The position numbers were made by a program, and so were the translations under genes. The notes below the pieces were generated by a model. It was not told the DNA's origin. It made no database searches and saw only the letters and a program-made list of their open reading frames with translations. From Stylophora pistillata (lineage: Eukaryota): a DNA stretch of 64,000 bases. The stretch covers positions 307,776 through 371,775 of the forward strand of contig NW_019217879.1 in the NCBI RefSeq assembly GCF_002571385.2. The letters are read 5' to 3'. Positions 61,701-64,000 of this stretch are shown here, piece after piece. Positions within the stretch are counted from its first letter, which is position 1, and each line of letters begins with the position of its first letter.

Positions 61701-63897
61701 TTCCAGGGCAACTCTGTGTATTGGCGTCAAGAATGGTGTGTAAATCATATAATTTTAACAGCTTCGCTCTTTAGCAGAGTTATCTTGTTCCATTGCTCTT
61801 GTTCTTGTTGTCATGCAAATATAAATGTAACAAATAAAAATTCTTAACATTTTGACTGTGGCTCGCATGGCTCGCCCCTTGGCTCTCGTGGTTTGCTGGC
61901 TCGCAGATTTGTAATACTCCCTGTAACATGAGGTGTGATCCATTTCATGCTTTTTTTTCTGCTTAATCTTTGCCAAATATTATTGGTATCTTTCACACAC
62001 AAGCTTCGGGATTTTTGTTGAGAAGTAGGAATTTTTTTTAAGAATTTGTGTTCTTTAGAATTTGATGGGTTTCCTTGATCTTCATTCTTTTCAATGTCCT
62101 CATCTTAGATCTGCTCTCCTTTACAGGGATAGTTCTATGACACAAACATGTAGGTTTTTTATTGTAGACTATTCCAACATTTAAAGTCATGACGATTGAA
62201 GTGACATATGTGCCAAGAGTGTTTTACTATTAATAGGACAGTCAACATAAATATTGATCAATGTTTGATGTGTGTAGGTCAATGCTAATTAATGTGTCCT
62301 TTTTTATTCCTCTTCAGGGATGCAACAGTGAGGATTCCCAAACCTCCTGATTCCAAGGTAAAGTTAACAGTCAAGTGCTTTTATAACTTACAAATTGATT
62401 AAATAAAGTTTTCAAGGTACAAATTGGTCCTTATAACTATTGTTCATGTAACTTATATATTTCAATATCAAGTAGTTAATTTGTAAAGGGATTATTCTAC
62501 TGTAAACAACAGATTTTGAATAGGAGGTGCATGTAAACACTATTGAATGTCCTGTGTGTCCTTGTACTGTCAAATATACCCCTGCATACACGAGTTGCCT
62601 ATCTCGAGTTGGCATACACTGACAGACTGTTTTATTTTACCCTTGTAGAAAACAGCAAAATCACGTACTGAAATCAGACGTCAAAGAGAAGCAGAGGTAA
62701 TGTATTTGGACAAAAAAAAATATCTCTTTGGTTCATTTGCTCTTTTGAAGGTACTTTACAGATTTTAGATTTGATGGCCTTGAATTGAAGAGTTACAGAC
62801 AAAAACACAATCTTTGCATTAGTGTGCACAGGAATTGTTGGTCCTCAGTAATGTCTCCAGACATACTAAAAATGTATTTGTGTAGCTCCTGTTGCTTGCA
62901 GCTTTTTTTTTTATTCTTGCAAAAGTGTGGTAAATCATGTTAAAAGGACAGAAGTTGATTTCAAATGTCTAGTGGGACAAGTGCTTTTGAAATTAATTTT
63001 CCAAAGGGAAAAATTCTTATCTCATACCATAGTTAATGGACACTCATAGGTAACTTCTCTTCCCTTCTAATTCAGCATTTTGCATCATAATGTGTAATAG
63101 TTTGTTTTACAAAAACCAGTAAATGGACAATAAAAAAAATAAAGGATCTGTTTTTAAAGGTGTGACACTTCAGGGCTTGATATTATGTGTGAGTACTATA
63201 GTTACTCTGAGTTTAGATTCTCAGAATCAGATCAGCTCTCCAATTCCTCCTTTTCTTTAACCACTGTGACTGCCACAGTATTTGTTTAATATATTGCTCT
63301 TCTGGTCCTAGAGTAATAATTTAGTAAATGAGTCTACCTTTCCAAGAAAGGCATATTTATATACTCAAGGGAATTAAGTACCTGAGTTCAATGCTGAAAT
63401 TAAAGTTAGATAAAAAGCACAATTGTATGGTTATGATCTTCAGGAGGTAAAGGAGAGCATTGATGCATTTGAAGCAAGCATGAGGGCTGTGATTCCGCCA
63501 GCTAGCCCAATAGGATTTGAGGGGTAGGTCAACATTGTGTTTAGCTACTAGTCTCAATTTATTTGTTTTAATTGAGATTTCTAGATGAGTCTTTGTGTAC
63601 TTTTTTCAAATACTGGAACAATAGACTTATATTCAGTAAGCATGAACCATAGTGGTGTGGTCATTGATGTAATTTTAGTGATGTTAAGTTGAGATTGATA
63701 AAGACACAGCTACAGAAAATGAATTAAAAATATAATACTCATTATAGTTCTGATTAACATTCTATTCATTGAAATTTTGTTAATTTGTAAGCTGTTTTGG
63801 TTGCAGAGAATCTAACCGAGAGGTAGACACTGAAATTGACACATTCCTCAGCACCCAATCTCCAAAGAAGCCTGTGGATCCATTGTCATACATAAAA
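46716..63897 (+). CDS. SPEF2: Sperm flagellar protein 2, 5' part (continues beyond the window); exons 46716-46773, 47934-48036, 48531-48612, 48968-49048, 51489-51578, 59121-59227, 59485-59548, 60219-60265, 62318-62357, 62649-62696, 63444-63523, 63807-63897
   Basis: The spliced product reads MTDILCRWLNEDV..FATGYLLGELLNKHGLQEDFS..SKLHNFTRLEPTL..ITRLMYQLFIAL..GLTGVAMETMR..RLKQLTKRQVDLNF..IPKPP..REAEEV. This matches the SPEF2 N-terminal CH domain and coiled coil as I recall them. All splice phases are consistent. Confidence 0.9.
49677..51191. mobile_element. MULE-like non-autonomous element with a tandemly amplified left terminal unit
   Basis: GGCTTACGGTAATTT / AAATTACCATAAGCC termini. Perfect 9-bp TSD TTATTTTTG at 49668-49676 and 51192-51200. 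About 205-bp units start near 49677, 49882 and 50084, with an inverted unit at about 51000-51191. Confidence 0.82.
50530..50852. mobile_element. Nested MITE with TTTTCGGTTTT repeats and a 6-bp TSD
   Basis: GAGGGGGGCTTTG / CAATGCCCCTCTC (11/13 match). TCAAAG at 50524-50529 and 50853-50858. Confidence 0.7.
52975..53322 (+). CDS. Candidate alternative terminal exon of SPEF2 (115 aa, helical, no family recognised)
   Basis: Acceptor TTTTTTGTCTGTTTACCTCAG|, phase 0 matching the exon-5 donor, and 115 open codons to TGA in AT-rich intron sequence. Confidence 0.55.
   Translation, partial: KIPLIQDSVAITKDLLHSAVKSFVHEVAIEAIREQISDLAVDVVKDLQEISFEVFHDMRTVVTQVRELGHDRTLKKYARHIMKDVLTTSRVVMEFVNDLDDIIQLLKVVFEATNS
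54760..54838 (+). mobile_element. SINE 5' (tRNA head) fragment
   Basis: CCAGTGGTCAATGCACTG...GGGTTCGAGTCCTGGCTGGGG, similar to the head of the SINE at 16938-17242. Confidence 0.6.
55330..57890 (-). mobile_element. 5'-truncated L2-clade LINE (end of APE plus RT)
   Basis: DLVITR..ILDH, SCVLDPLP, NFRPISNL, HSTETALLKV, LLDLSSAFDKVDH, GVPQGSVLGP, LYADDSQ, SKLDYCNSLL and LHWLPV, with a (TTAAA)n tail at about 55330-55350. Confidence 0.92.
58579..58885. repeat. Tandem triplication of a 103-bp unit
   Basis: Near-identical units start at 58579, 58682 and 58785. Confidence 0.92.
60680..61030 (-). mobile_element. Old SINE copy with an internal 13-bp minisatellite (about 6 x ATGGGTGTGTATC, 60691-60770)
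   Basis: GGCACTGTCAGAGTAAAGTGTCTT and TAGGAGTAT align to the SINE at 16938-17242. Confidence 0.7.
61173..61923. mobile_element. Old hAT-like MITE with GCGAGCCA subterminal repeats
   Basis: CAGG..CAAATCTGCAAGCC on the left and GGCTCGCAGATTTG..CCCTG on the right. No intact TSD. Confidence 0.6.
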
Positions 63898-64000
63898 GTA
63901 TGTAGGAAACTTCTTTGGGTTAACTGTTAACTCCTAAATTAAGGTCAATAGCAGAGTGAGTGATTACATAAATTAACAAACCTTTCAAATCTAGTGGTTT

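Noticed and set aside
6598-63897. Functional gene cluster (eIF2B, GS, lipase, tetraspanin) for stress or symbiosis
   Set aside because: The sequence gives no evidence of co-regulation; adjacency alone is insufficient without conserved synteny.

Overview
This is AT-rich eukaryotic (animal) genomic DNA, not prokaryotic. The repeat families and gene structures suggest an anthozoan such as a stony coral (inference). Six host genes can be built by hand with consistent GT-AG splice phases: an intronless tetraspanin (+), neuferricin/CYB5D2 (+, 2 exons), eIF2B gamma/EIF2B3 (+, 11 exons), an intronless ABHD4/5-like hydrolase (-), glutamine synthetase II (+, 4 coding exons) and the first 12 exons of SPEF2 (+, runs off the window). 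The rest is a dense, often nested transposon landscape: CR1/L2-group LINEs, a tRNA-derived SINE, a decayed hAT transposon with a 5-bp TSD, Crypton remnants with terminal hairpins, and many MITEs with readable TIRs and TSDs. There are two assembly gaps. The most novel-looking signals are: (1) an in-phase 115-codon alternative terminal exon in SPEF2 intron 5, which would give a short CH-domain isoform; (2) a LINE whose ORF begins with a signal-peptide-like segment, a 2A-like NPGP motif and tandem PHD fingers ahead of APE and RT; (3) a candidate ATF4-like multi-uORF leader on glutamine synthetase; (4) antisense exons interleaved with SPEF2 exons; and (5) a LINE > hAT > SINE/MITE stack inside EIF2B3 intron 1. 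All calls were made by eye; no searches were run.
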